The notes under the pieces: model-generated
What the model was told of the DNA's origin: nothing
Databases searched by the model: none
What the model saw: the letters and a program-made list of their open reading frames with translations, nothing else
Made by a program: the position numbers and the translations under genes
Assembly (NCBI GenBank): GCA_051313645.2
Contig: JBNRSN020000002.1
Location: 22,754,001 to 22,818,000 of the forward strand
Direction of reading: 5' to 3'
Origin: Centroscyllium fabricii
Taxonomy: Eukaryota
Length of the DNA: 64,000 nt
Part shown: positions 62,103 through 64,000 of the stretch, piece after piece
Layout of the letters: each line of letters opens with the position of its first letter
How positions within the stretch are numbered: the first letter of the stretch is position 1

Positions 62103-62661
62103 AAGGCCCTGTCACACCTTGACGTTTTAGCCAGCGTATGCAAATTTGGCGAAAACGCTGGTACACGTCGAATACGTTATGGGTAAGTTTTGTATACGTT
62201 AAGAGCACGCTGGCATACGCTGGCATACGTCGTTGTACTTCGAGTAAGTCGAGAAATTTTGAGCATGCACAAAATTTCTCGACGTACCCAGCGTATGACT
62301 CACACGTCCGCATATGCTGGCCATAAGTTGGAGGCACGTTAGGCACGTTAGGTGATCGTTGACACACGTTACTTGTAAGTTAGTCATAAGTCAAAATACG
62401 TCGAGATAATGTCTAGCCACGTTGGGCTATCGTTGGGCATAAGTTGTGAACGCCGACAACACGCTAAGCATTCGTTGGTATATGTTATCTGTAACTTATC
62501 GAAACGTTCTGTGTACGTTACGAATACGTTACGTCCAACTCATTATGAATACGCTATTATACGCCCAAAAACTGAAAAAAACACAGCGAACGCCAGCGTT
62601 TTAGATAAATTTGCATACGTCGGCATGTGCTAGCTAATTCATCAAGGTGTGACAGGGCCTT
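62103..62661. mobile_element. CpG-rich MITE (Harbinger-like termini)
   Basis: 20-bp TIR aaggccctgtcacaccttga / tcaaggtgtgacagggcctt, flanked by TA. Confidence 0.85.
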
Positions 62662-62669
62662 TAACAGTG

Positions 62670-63175
62670 ATGATTTTTGATTTTGATTTTTTTTTGATTT
62701 CGATTCAATTTATTGTCATTGCACAGCAAAATACAGTACAACGAAATGTCTTTTTGCAACCTTCCCAAGAACGATGCAGTTGTTTAAAATGTCCATTGCT
62801 TTTAAGTCCCAGACTGTTCACTCTATGTTGGCCCTCTATGGTGCTCCGACCACGCAGGCACCGGCACTCCGACTCCGTTGGCCCCAGCGCCCAGAACCCG
62901 CCGACCTCCAACGCTCCGAACTCGGTGACCACACAGGCACCGGCACTCTGTCTCTGCAGGCCCCAGTGCTCCGTACTTGCCGACCTCCAGCGTTTCGACC
63001 TCGGTGACCTCGCAGGCTCCCCAGTGCGCCAACAAGTCCGACCTCTGTGCACCTCCACGCCGAACCAGACATCCCCACCGAGCGAACAGCCTCAGGACTA
63101 CCAGCGGACAGCATCCCCGGGAGACGCAAAGCCGCTGCGTGTACACACGCCGCCATCTTGCCTCCGGATGTTACG
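62670..63175 (-). mobile_element. Non-autonomous element with YY1-type head, 79-bp tandem repeats and Rex1-type tail
   Basis: CAAGATGGCGGCG at 63160-63148; tail tgcaatgacaataaattgaatcgaaatc; no RT ORF. Confidence 0.65.
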
Positions 63176-63214
63176 TGGATCAAAGTAATAACGCTGCCTT
63201 GACTTTAGACATAG

Positions 63215-63610
63215 ACATAGAAGATAGGAGCAGGAGTAGGCCATTCGGCCCTTCGAGCCCGCTCCGCCATTTAATGAGATCATGGCTGATCATCCAAACT
63301 CAGTACCCTGTCCCTGCCTTGTCCCCATATCCCTCGATCCCTATCGAGCCTGCACCGACACATATCCCACCCTATCCCCGTAACCCCACATATTCAATCA
63401 CCCCTAACACTAAGGGTCAATTTATCCTGGCCAATCAACCTAACCCGCACATCTTTGGACTGTGGGAGGAAACCGGAGCACCCGGAGGAAACCCACGCAG
63501 ACACGGGGAGAATGTGCAAACTCCACAGAGAGTCACCCGAGGCCGGATTCGAACCCGGGTCTCCAGTGCTGTGAGACAACAGTGCTAACCACTGTGCCAC
63601 CGTGCCGCCC
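63215..63610 (-). mobile_element. V-SINE (HE1-like)
   Basis: Full-length copy. Confidence 0.85.
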
Positions 63611-63987
63611 ATTTGATCCATCTTAGTGAATCCATTTGTAAAGAAGAATGTCCCCCCCCCCCACCCCAACACAATTTGAAAATAAAACACAAATCAAAGT
63701 CTCAAAATGACACTGCTTCCACTCCCCAGTCCAGAAGTGCGCTCCAAATCACGATTGTTCAGTATTGATAGAATACCAACCTTCAATTTTCCAAGTGCAG
63801 CATCCAGCTGTTTGTCAATTAAACCCAGCGGCTTGGACTCGACTATCCTTCCCGGTAACCCCCTAAAGCTGATCACCCGATGCAGACATATTCCTCGCTG
63901 TCCGCCCTAAGCATTTTCATCAGCCTTGACCTTCTCTCTCCTGCTGTCTCAGCATATCTGATCGTAATGTTTCAGTTGTACTAAGTA

Positions 63988-64000
63988 CAGGTTGAGCACC
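63988..64000. mobile_element. Left TIR of another Tigger-like MITE at the window edge
   Basis: TA|caggttgagcacc. Confidence 0.6.

Noticed and set aside
62855-63020. Regularly spaced repeats resembling an array
   Set aside because: Only 2-3 diverged 79-bp tandem units without unique spacers, in eukaryotic DNA; not CRISPR

Overview
Eukaryotic, repeat-saturated vertebrate genomic DNA. The CR1 LINE, V-SINE (HE1-like) and Deu-SINE content suggests a cartilaginous fish (inference). The window is almost entirely intronic. Three in-frame coding exons of an attractin-family gene lie on the minus strand (53249-53332, 38999-39112, 9434-9562; all GT-AG, phase 2) and together encode the CUB domain. The rest is nested mobile DNA: several CR1 families (one young, with an SGNH-esterase ORF1 and an uninterrupted ORF2), Rex1/Babar and L2 LINEs, a Penelope-like remnant, tRNA- and 5S-derived SINEs, two solo LTRs and several MITE families. 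The most notable signals are: (1) ~220-bp fold-back insertions carrying two back-to-back minimal hammerhead ribozyme motifs; (2) an optional ~120-nt structured module in some CR1 3' UTRs; (3) an ORF-less element with a YY1-type head and a Rex1-type tail; (4) a 5S-derived SINE with a clean target-site duplication (TSD); (5) a MITE family built from NRF1/YY1-like motifs. Repeat boundaries were read by eye and are approximate unless a TSD or terminal inverted repeat (TIR) is quoted.
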